DNA from: Promethearchaeota archaeon
Lineage (GTDB): Archaea; Asgardarchaeota; Lokiarchaeia; Sigyniarchaeales; SOKP01
DNA: 18,962 nucleotides
Assembly (NCBI GenBank): GCA_011364975.1
Contig: RDOE01000060.1
Span: 1 to 18,962 of the forward strand
Direction: 5' to 3'
The stretch's first letter is position 1; each line of letters opens with the position of its first letter. Below, one piece after another: positions 8,012 through 15,375 of the stretch. Both the position numbers and the translations under genes were made by a program. The notes beneath the pieces are model-generated. The model did no database searches. It saw only the letters and a program-made list of their open reading frames with translations, and was not told where the DNA came from.

Positions 8012-10381
8012 ATGGAATGTAAGTTCTGCGAAAACCAGAAAATAGCATTTACATGCGAAAAATGCAAATCAAGCTTTTGTATTCATCACATGGCAACTAC
8101 AGAACAGTGGATGTGCCGTAAACATGATATTTTGTATGAAAAGGCAAGTGCTGCTGAAAAAAGTTATAGATGCACTGTAATTGAAAATAGTAAATGCCCC
8201 GAATGTAATGCTCTTTTAAGATTAGAGCGATTATCTTCAGGTCAATATTATCTTGAATGTACAGATTTAACGTGTGGTTGGAATTCATATTTAAAAACAC
8301 CTGGTATCTTCTCTCCTACTAAAGAGCAATTAGCAAGAGAAGCTACAAAATATGACTTAATTAAAGGATATAGATTAAATTTATGTCGTAGAACTCTTAA
8401 AAGAATAACTGGAAAAGAGATTTGTCCAAATTGTTTTCTTGAATTATTAAAAAGAGGGTCTGTCACTAATTTTTCTACGATATTGGGAACTTTTAATATA
8501 TCTGCTCAGCAGATGATTAAGCTAATTAATCAATATATTGAAGAGGAGAGAATTTACGGAATTATCGATCAAAAAAATCAAATGTTCTATTATATCTCTT
8601 ATGAAATAAGGGAGAAAATTTTAGCTAAAGTGCAAGAGGATGGAATTTTAAAGATAGAAGATTTAGCTACTATGTTAGATATGAGTTCAGAAGTTGCTCT
8701 TCAAGTAATGTATAAGTTAATAAGTCAATTCCAGATAAAAGGCTCATTTTCCCAAAATAAGAAATTCTATTACACTCAAAAATATATAATGGATAATTTG
8801 GTTAAAGAAATTAATAAAAAAGGGAGAATTACCGTCGATAAATTAGCAAGCATATTTGAAATTGATAGAGAATTAACCAAATCATTCTGTGTGAATTTAA
8901 TGAGGATAAATGCTATTAATGGATTTTTTGCTGACCGTGGAAATGAGATTATTACATTAGACAAAATTTATCAAGAAATTAAGGATTATGCGAAGGATAC
9001 TGGACTTTTTGAATTAACTAAATTAGCGAAAAAATTACAAATTGCAGTAGAATTAGCTCGAAAATCCCTACATGATTTAATTAAAACGGGAGCTATAAGA
9101 GGATTATTCACTCAAAGAAGAGAATTTATGACTAGTAAACATTTAGAATTAAAAATTAAAGAAATCGCTAGAGCATATAGAACAATGCCATTGAGGGAGT
9201 TATCAAATAGATTAGGAGTTACTGAATCAAGTATTGAAGAGAATCTTGCTCAATTAATAGGGAGGGGAGATATTGATGGATTTATTGATATGCAGAAACG
9301 TTCATTTACAGCATATAGTGTCCCTAGAACTCAATCTGAGACTCCACCTGCAAAAGAGACAAAAGTAGAACCAATCAATGAACAGGAAATTGAAGTAGTA
9401 AGAGATTACGATTTTGAGGGGGGACAATTGCATTACAAAGTTGCAGTGCGAAATAAAAGCAAAATGGCAATAAATAATGTAAAAGTGTTATTAGACCCTC
9501 CTTCAAGCTTTAAGTTAAAGCAACCTTTAATAAATATCCCTGTTATAGAAGCCAATAATTCAAGAGGAGTAGATTTCTATTTAGAGCCAAAACAGTGTGG
9601 ATTATCTGAAATTGGTGGAACAGTCATCTATAAAGACGCAACTGGAGATAAACATACTGCTAACATTCAAAAAAAGGAGGTTCAAATTAAATGCCCGCTT
9701 GTCTGCACTTCTTTAACGACAATTGAGGATTGTACTATGGCGATTCAAACCTTGCCTAATGATGCGCGAGCATTTCTTATCGCAGACTTAGACCCTCGTT
9801 TAGCCTATCGTGCTGCAATACGAACTCTTAAAAATTTCGAAGTAAGTACAGTAACTTCTCATGAAGGAACTGATACTCAAGGAAAGTACGAAGCAGAAGC
9901 ATGGTTTTGTGGAGAAGCTAAAGTTACAGGAGGGAGAATAATAACTCGTGTATACGTGTCAGAGGGTAGTCAATCATTAGAAGTTAGAGTATGGACTGCA
10001 AATCCAGGGCAATTGACAGGATTTTTAGCTCGTATCATTGAATTATTGTTCGAGGAAATTAATATCATAAGAAAAATCAAATCAGAAGAACGTGAGAAAA
10101 CCATTGATGTTATGGCCATAACCCAGAACTTGGCAGAAGTCAGTGATTACTGTATGCTTAGATGGAAAGCTCAAAATATTCGAAATAAATTACATGATAC
10201 TTTCATTCGACTTAGAAAACTACTAGGTGATAGTGAAGCAATATTGGGAAGAATTGAGTTTTGGTTGACTCAACTTAATAAATATGGAAAAGATGATAAA
10301 ATTAGCGATGAAGATGCGGATAAACTAGTTGAGGATGTTGAGAAGTTTAAAAACGTAATTGCTCGAGCGATAAAATTATAA
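8012..10381 (+). CDS. Multidomain protein: Cys/His-rich Zn-binding N-terminus, five tandem winged-helix (PCI/UFL1-like) repeats, Ig-like plus platform (adaptin-appendage-like) domain, helical C-terminus
   Basis: Paired Cys/His motifs in aa 3-141; IxG-hydrophobic wing motifs with Gly at aa 183, 244, 304, 364 and 423 (~60-aa period); Pro/Glu/Thr linker aa ~436-457; beta-rich KVAVRN...NNVKV segment. AGGAG RBS upstream. Confidence 0.7.
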   Translation: MECKFCENQKIAFTCEKCKSSFCIHHMATTEQWMCRKHDILYEKASAAEKSYRCTVIENSKCPECNALLRLERLSSGQYYLECTDLTCGWNSYLKTPGIFSPTKEQLAREATKYDLIKGYRLNLCRRTLKRITGKEICPNCFLELLKRGSVTNFSTILGTFNISAQQMIKLINQYIEEERIYGIIDQKNQMFYYISYEIREKILAKVQEDGILKIEDLATMLDMSSEVALQVMYKLISQFQIKGSFSQNKKFYYTQKYIMDNLVKEINKKGRITVDKLASIFEIDRELTKSFCVNLMRINAINGFFADRGNEIITLDKIYQEIKDYAKDTGLFELTKLAKKLQIAVELARKSLHDLIKTGAIRGLFTQRREFMTSKHLELKIKEIARAYRTMPLRELSNRLGVTESSIEENLAQLIGRGDIDGFIDMQKRSFTAYSVPRTQSETPPAKETKVEPINEQEIEVVRDYDFEGGQLHYKVAVRNKSKMAINNVKVLLDPPSSFKLKQPLINIPVIEANNSRGVDFYLEPKQCGLSEIGGTVIYKDATGDKHTANIQKKEVQIKCPLVCTSLTTIEDCTMAIQTLPNDARAFLIADLDPRLAYRAAIRTLKNFEVSTVTSHEGTDTQGKYEAEAWFCGEAKVTGGRIITRVYVSEGSQSLEVRVWTANPGQLTGFLARIIELLFEEINIIRKIKSEEREKTIDVMAITQNLAEVSDYCMLRWKAQNIRNKLHDTFIRLRKLLGDSEAILGRIEFWLTQLNKYGKDDKISDEDADKLVEDVEKFKNVIARAIKL

Positions 10382-10453
10382 TGTTATTTTTAATAATATT
10401 TAAATAACCACAAATGAATTATAAATATAAATAAAAAAAATATCATATTTTAG

Positions 10454-10879
10454 GTGTTAGAAGTTCCGATAATAAGTATATCGATAAATGAACAACTTAG
10501 AGAATTTATTAATAAGTTAGTTTCAAAAAATCAATACGAGAATAAATCTAAGTTGATTAGAGATGCACTTCTAAGATTAATGTCAACAGTAGATGTTTCT
10601 AGTTTTGAATCAATTGGGGACCCTGCTTCCATTCAAAAACAAATAGTGGGAAATATGATAATTATTGCACCAAATGATATTAATATCCTTAGAAAGTTAA
10701 ATAAAATAGAGAATCAGTACGTAGATTATATCGTAAGTAAGAATCAACATTACCATGGATCTGAAACCATCATCATCTTCTTAATTTATGAGGGTAATTT
10801 GCAAGATTTTCAAAATATTGTTGTTGAGATAAACAGCATTAAAGAAATAAAGAATTTTAGGTATTTAATTATTAATTAA
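10454..10879 (+). CDS. NikR-like ribbon-helix-helix (CopG family) transcriptional regulator with C-terminal ACT-like domain
   Basis: PIISISINEQL...YENKSKLIRDAL matches the RHH pattern (cf. NikR GYxNRSEAIRD); C-terminal length and pattern resemble the NikR C-domain. Start codon uncertain. Confidence 0.8.
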   Translation: MLEVPIISISINEQLREFINKLVSKNQYENKSKLIRDALLRLMSTVDVSSFESIGDPASIQKQIVGNMIIIAPNDINILRKLNKIENQYVDYIVSKNQHYHGSETIIIFLIYEGNLQDFQNIVVEINSIKEIKNFRYLIIN

Positions 10880-10917
10880 ACTGTTTTTAAATTAAAAAGC
10901 AGGATCAACTCCTTTTT
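10880..10917 (+). terminator. Possible terminator after the NikR-like gene
   Basis: Short hairpins CTGTTTTT/AAAAGCAG and AGGA/TCCT followed by a T-run directly after the stop codon. Confidence 0.3.
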
Positions 10918-11002
10918 ATAATTAAACATCAATAAATTTAAATGAATTTTTAGTTTTACTCAATTATTCCCATCGAATTAGGGATATTTTAAGGCACATA
11001 TT

Positions 11003-12115
11003 ATGACAGAATTAGAAATTTATCGTAAATTACAGCAACATCTTGATACGCTCCCCATCGGCTATCCCCCCACAGAATCAGGAGTAGAGATAAGGATTCT
11101 CAAATTTCTGTTTACTCCAGAAGAGGCTGAAATCGCTTTAAATTTAAGATTTATACCCGAACCTGCTTATAAAATACATCGAAGAGTGAAAAAGAATTTT
11201 GATTCTTTTGAAGATCTAAAAAATAAATTAAATGCAATGTATCAAAAGGGCGCAATCAACGTTAAAAGAATTAAAACTGAAAATAGTGAGGATTTATGGT
11301 ATCATTTAGCGTTCTTAGCTGTTGGAATGTATGAATATCAAGTTAAAAGTATTACACCAGAATTTTATATGGACATTGAAACTTATTTTGATGAAGCATA
11401 TGTTGATGAATTTACTAGTACTAAAATTAATCAATTACGTACAATACCTATTGAAAAAAGTGTTGAGCCACATCATCAAATTGCAACTTATGATGATTTT
11501 AAAACTTTAATAGGTAAGGCAGAAAATGTTGCTGTGATGGATTGCATTTGCCAGAAAGGCAAGGATCTTATAGGTCATTCCTGTAAACAAACAAATTTTA
11601 GGGAACATTGTTTTACTTTCAATTCTTCTGCCCAACATGTAGTAGAAATTAAAAATGGTCGTTATATCAGTAAAGAAGAAGCTTTTAAATTGATTAATAA
11701 GGCTCAAGAAGAAGGATTAATCGTACAACCTGGAAATGCAATTAATCCTAATTTTATATGCTGTTGTTGCGGTGACTGTTGTGATCTTCTAACCAATCTT
11801 AAAAAACTAACTAGGCCTTGGGAGTTAATATATTCAAATTTTTTTGCCGAAATTAATGAAGAATTATGTGTTGGATGTCAAACATGTTTAGATAGATGCC
11901 AAATGGGCGCAATATCGATTAATAATAACATTGCAAATGTTACATTAAATTTATGCCTAGGATGTGGAAATTGTATTGTTGTATGCCCTGAAGAGGCAAT
12001 TTCATTGATTAAAAAGGAAAATGAAGTCATTCCACCTGAAGACACAACACAGTTATATTTAAAAATTATGGATGAGAGAGCTAAGTTAAGACGAATTGAA
12101 AAAGGAAATGAATAA
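11003..12115 (+). CDS. Cys-rich iron-sulfur protein with C-terminal 2x[4Fe-4S] ferredoxin domain (uncharacterised family)
   Basis: CVGCQTCLDRC and CLGCGNCIVVCP ferredoxin motifs; central CIC...C...C and ICCCCGDCC clusters; N-terminal FTPEEAEIA helix-turn-helix-like region. Confidence 0.85.
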   Translation: MTELEIYRKLQQHLDTLPIGYPPTESGVEIRILKFLFTPEEAEIALNLRFIPEPAYKIHRRVKKNFDSFEDLKNKLNAMYQKGAINVKRIKTENSEDLWYHLAFLAVGMYEYQVKSITPEFYMDIETYFDEAYVDEFTSTKINQLRTIPIEKSVEPHHQIATYDDFKTLIGKAENVAVMDCICQKGKDLIGHSCKQTNFREHCFTFNSSAQHVVEIKNGRYISKEEAFKLINKAQEEGLIVQPGNAINPNFICCCCGDCCDLLTNLKKLTRPWELIYSNFFAEINEELCVGCQTCLDRCQMGAISINNNIANVTLNLCLGCGNCIVVCPEEAISLIKKENEVIPPEDTTQLYLKIMDERAKLRRIEKGNE

Positions 12116-12124
12116 TTAAAAAAA

Positions 12125-12493
12125 GTGGTGGTTAAGATAGGGAAAAATAAATATGGGAAAGGATATCAAAAAAAAGATTTATCATCAACTGGAAATAAAA
12201 GTAGTGGAGCAGCTATTCGTGGAGGAAAGATTAAAGCAAGCCATATTTTAGTAGAAAAATATAGTAAAGCCCAAGAACTGTATGAAGATATTAAAATGGG
12301 AAAAAATTTTGAGAGTTTAGCTGGAGAATTTTCTACATGCTCAAGTAAAAAACGAGGGGGTAATTTAGGAGAATTTTCTAAAGCTGATATGGTCCCAGAA
12401 TTTTGGAATGCATGCTCAAAACTAAATATTGGAGAAATATCTCAACCAGTCAAAACTAAATTTGGTTATCATATTATTAAGAGAACAGGATAA
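12125..12493 (+). CDS. Parvulin-type peptidyl-prolyl cis-trans isomerase with basic N-terminal extension
   Basis: ASHILV, FESLAGEFSTC, GGNLG, MVPEF and PVKTKFGYHII are rotamase (PpiC) signatures. Confidence 0.93.
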   Translation: MVVKIGKNKYGKGYQKKDLSSTGNKSSGAAIRGGKIKASHILVEKYSKAQELYEDIKMGKNFESLAGEFSTCSSKKRGGNLGEFSKADMVPEFWNACSKLNIGEISQPVKTKFGYHIIKRTG

Positions 12494-12507
12494 TAAAATA
12501 TGAAATA

Positions 12508-12580
12508 TAGCCCAGCACGGATTCGAACCGTGGTCTCGGGATTCAGAGTCCCAAATGCTTGGCCACTACACCACTGGGCT
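12508..12580 (-). tRNA. tRNA-Gln (anticodon CTG), intronless, CCA not encoded
   Basis: Reverse complement AGCCCAG TGGTGTAGTGGCCAAGCAT T TGGGA CTCTGAA TCCCG AGAC CACGG TTCGAAT CCGTG CTGGGCT A forms a cloverleaf with a TTCGAAT T-loop and the A1-U72 pair typical of archaeal tRNA-Gln. Confidence 0.97.
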
Positions 12581-12753
12581 TTCACTGACGAGATTTAAAT
12601 TATAATAATAATGGATTTATAAAAAAATTTACTCTAATTTACTGCTTAAAATGAAATTATGAAAGGCGAAGGTTATAAAAATACTTGATAACCGCATTAA
12701 AAATTTAAGAAAATTAGGGATAGATTTTTATTATAATATAATCATATAATTAC

Positions 12754-12922
12754 TTGGATTACACAACTATTATCATAAGGAGGATAAAAAAAACTAATTT
12801 TATTAATACTCTTATTCCTAAGAGTGTTAAAACCCCGTGAAAATACTCGACTTCTGAGCATTTTGGGAAACTGAAAACAAAACCCCGTATAAAAAAAAAA
12901 AATTCCTCCTTGTGTAATCCAA
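12754..12922. ncRNA. Putative structured non-coding element of unknown class (alternatively a DNA inverted-repeat element)
   Basis: Perfect 13-bp inverted repeat TTGGATTACACAA (12754-12766)/TTGTGTAATCCAA (12910-12922), continued by GGAGGA/TCCTCC; two internal hairpins; AAAACCCCGT twice. Confidence 0.55.
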
Positions 12923-13113
12923 CTCTTTAAAAAAAATTATCAAAATAAATTGGGATTGGATCAATTTAGCCATATATCCAGCTATTTTAATAAGTTTGGT
13001 TAAGAATATAAAATAAAAGCTTTATTAAAGGAGGTAATGTGACCCTTACAAGATAATCCCCTAAAATCTGTTAAATTTTGCGCGAAAAGTATCATATGGA
13101 AGAATATAATTAG

Positions 13114-14328
13114 CTAAGAATGAGTTTTATTTTTATAATATAGATAAATATCGTTAAAATATTTATCACTCATTCCGGCGATATAATCCCGTGCTATGAG
13201 AGTTAGTTTATTCTGTTCTTTATGGGGTGTAAAATAGGTAGAATATTTATTATCATCGATATATTCAATATGATCTTTAAAAATGGGAGAATTGATATCT
13301 TTATGTTCTAAATCTTTTAGAGAAATTTTAAAAATAGTTCTAAATTTTTCACGCAATGTATTTAAAAAGTTTATTTCTGAACCATTTACTGTTAAATCTC
13401 TTCTAATATATATCTTTTCATAATTAAATTTCTTCATTTCTTTTAGTGCTTCAAAAACAGGCTCACTATATCCGATTTTGTTATTATCCAGACTAAAGGT
13501 TAATAAATCCATAATTAAAGTCTTCATTATTGTTCTATTCGTATCTCCAAGAACATTTTTACATACAATTGGCATATCCTCTCTATTGATGAATTTTAGA
13601 AGGATTGCATCCTCAAAATCTCTTCCGATATAAGAGATTGTATCTGCAAAGCGTACAGCTATTCCCTCGTATGACATAGGAATTTTAATTATACTATTTT
13701 TATTGAAGGCATCTTCATATTCGTTAAAGTGATCTTGCCAAGTTTTTCCATTAACTTTAACAGGCCTTAATTCTCTTTCAGTAATCTCACCATTATGAGA
13801 AAGAATTCCATCGAGCACTTGCAGAGTAAGATTTAAACCTTTAGCAGGTTCTTTTGGAAACCTTTTCTCTAAATAAGATAACCATCTCACTCCTTGAGCG
13901 TTATGATTAAAATTGCCCATATTATATTCTTTACAAATCTCATCTAAAATTTGCTCTCCTAAATGACCAAATGGAGTATGTCCTATATCATGAGCTAAAG
14001 CGATAGCTTCAATTAAATCCGTATTTAATTTTAAGATTCTACCTATTTGACGTGCTATTCTTGATACTAAAATAACATGTAGTGAACGATGAGTGATATT
14101 CGCATTACTAACTCCAAAAAATACTTGAGTTTTATCAATGTAACGAGCATAGGCTTTACTGTGGACAATTCTATCTACATCTCTAAAAAAGGGAGGACGT
14201 ATATCAAATTCAGATTCCTCATCTTCTTTGTAAAATCTTACAGCATCCGAATCAGAGATTGCTTTTGGTCCAATATCCGAATCTTTTCTCATATGTAACC
14301 TAAAGATTTTTAGGATATCAGGATCCAT
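13114..14328 (-). CDS. HD-domain dNTP triphosphohydrolase (dGTPase-like)
   Basis: RDVDRIVHS, KTQVF, THRSLH, ALAHDIGHTPFGHLGE, DTISY and DYIAGMSD motifs of the dGTPase family. Confidence 0.92.
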   Translation of the reverse strand: MDPDILKIFRLHMRKDSDIGPKAISDSDAVRFYKEDEESEFDIRPPFFRDVDRIVHSKAYARYIDKTQVFFGVSNANITHRSLHVILVSRIARQIGRILKLNTDLIEAIALAHDIGHTPFGHLGEQILDEICKEYNMGNFNHNAQGVRWLSYLEKRFPKEPAKGLNLTLQVLDGILSHNGEITERELRPVKVNGKTWQDHFNEYEDAFNKNSIIKIPMSYEGIAVRFADTISYIGRDFEDAILLKFINREDMPIVCKNVLGDTNRTIMKTLIMDLLTFSLDNNKIGYSEPVFEALKEMKKFNYEKIYIRRDLTVNGSEINFLNTLREKFRTIFKISLKDLEHKDINSPIFKDHIEYIDDNKYSTYFTPHKEQNKLTLIARDYIAGMSDKYFNDIYLYYKNKTHS

Positions 14329-14360
14329 AATTCATTACCATTAAACCTTAATTATGTAAT

Positions 14361-15284
14361 TTAAAAATTAATAAATTTAATCTGTATCGCATCATAAGGA
14401 CACTTCTCTTTACATTTTATGCAAAGATTGCACTCTCCTTTTCCAGTAAAAAACTCAAATGGTTCATCTAAGATTCTTATCTGTTTAGGGCATACTCTTT
14501 CACATAAACCACATTCAGAGCGTCCTATACATTTAACTGGATTCCTTGAAAGCTTTAAAAAAGAATAATCCGATACAGCAGAAGCCACAGCTGCAAAAGG
14601 ACAGAAATATCTACAGTAAAATCGGGGATACCATACTGAAATCACAATAATTAATATATAAAATCCGATTATCGTGTAACTAGCAAAATAATCCCAACTA
14701 AATGGAAATATCTCCTGAATAATAGTTGGAAAATATACAAAGAGAAACTCTGATAAGGAAAAGAAACCTACAGGTTGATCAGCAAATGCACCAATAGTAT
14801 TTTTGAATTCAGTATAAAATATATAATTTGTATTACGAGTAATTCCCAAGGGAAAAATGATAATAATAATAATAATAACAAAAATATATTTTATTTTAAG
14901 CAAAGATTGATGAGTTTTGATACTTAATTTTTTCTTTTTTGTTGGAATCGCAGCACAAGCATCTTGAATAGTACCAATAGGGCAAATCCAACCACAAAAG
15001 ACGCGATTTGAAAATAAAAATACTAAAATTAATACTCCAATCATGAAAAAAGGAAAAATACCATTAGCCATCGAATAAAATATGTATTCAAGAATTCCCG
15101 CTCCATTTGAAAGAGGATTACGTGGAGAATTTAGTATTGGCAGAAATTTGATAAAGCCTTCAAGACTAATTAGATTTATCGGAAAAATAGCTTCAATAAT
15201 TATATAATTTATTGTTAAAAAAGCTAAGATCTGTATTAAACGTCTAGTAATAGTAGTTGAATTTTCCTTTATTTTTAACCGCAT
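14361..15284 (-). CDS. NapH/MauN/RdxA-like membrane-bound 4Fe-4S protein
   Basis: Two CxxxCP motifs (FCGWICPIG, YCRYFCPF), several TM helices and C-terminal CGLCERVCP and CNLCIKCKEKCP ferredoxin motifs. ORF track start is TTG 15293; ATG 15284 preferred. Confidence 0.88.
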   Translation of the reverse strand: MRLKIKENSTTITRRLIQILAFLTINYIIIEAIFPINLISLEGFIKFLPILNSPRNPLSNGAGILEYIFYSMANGIFPFFMIGVLILVFLFSNRVFCGWICPIGTIQDACAAIPTKKKKLSIKTHQSLLKIKYIFVIIIIIIIFPLGITRNTNYIFYTEFKNTIGAFADQPVGFFSLSEFLFVYFPTIIQEIFPFSWDYFASYTIIGFYILIIVISVWYPRFYCRYFCPFAAVASAVSDYSFLKLSRNPVKCIGRSECGLCERVCPKQIRILDEPFEFFTGKGECNLCIKCKEKCPYDAIQIKFINF

Positions 15285-15375
15285 ATATACCAAAGACTTT
15301 ATTCAAGAAATTTAAATTAATAAATAATTTCTGGTTAAAAAAATTAATCGTTAAAAAGGTATAGCTGATAAAATA

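Noticed and set aside
10902-10913. GGATCAACTCCT resembling the 16S rRNA 3' end (GGATCACCTCCT)
   Set aside because: Isolated 12-mer with a mismatch and no flanking rRNA sequence; more simply part of a terminator-like hairpin.
7232-11707. Short ORFs 7232-7459, 8097-8300, 8248-8466, 8776-8964, 11322-11510 and 11507-11707
   Set aside because: Nested within longer motif-bearing CDSs in other frames or strands; no independent evidence.
12508-12580. tRNA as an integration site for a mobile element
   Set aside because: No duplicated tRNA 3' end, integrase or compositional shift is visible in the window.
12666-12695. Small stem GC-GAA-GGTTAT...ATAACC-GC resembling an archaeal SECIS GAA bulge
   Set aside because: Only 6+2 bp and no UGA-containing gene upstream.
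12829-12888. AAAACCCCGT repeats as CRISPR repeats, ORB/origin boxes or a telomerase-like template
   Set aside because: Only two 10-nt copies, no cas, cdc6/orc1 or reverse transcriptase gene in the window, and no ORB TTCCA-GGAA dyad.
13028-13118. AGGAGGT followed by ATG-TGA and a short open frame, considered as a tiny selenoprotein
   Set aside because: RBS is only 1 nt from the ATG, Sec at position 2 of a 26-residue peptide has no redox motif, and no SECIS follows on that strand.
2349-14328. Methyltransferase plus dGTPase as a defence island
   Set aside because: They are ~10 kb apart, separated by housekeeping-type genes, with no other defence components.
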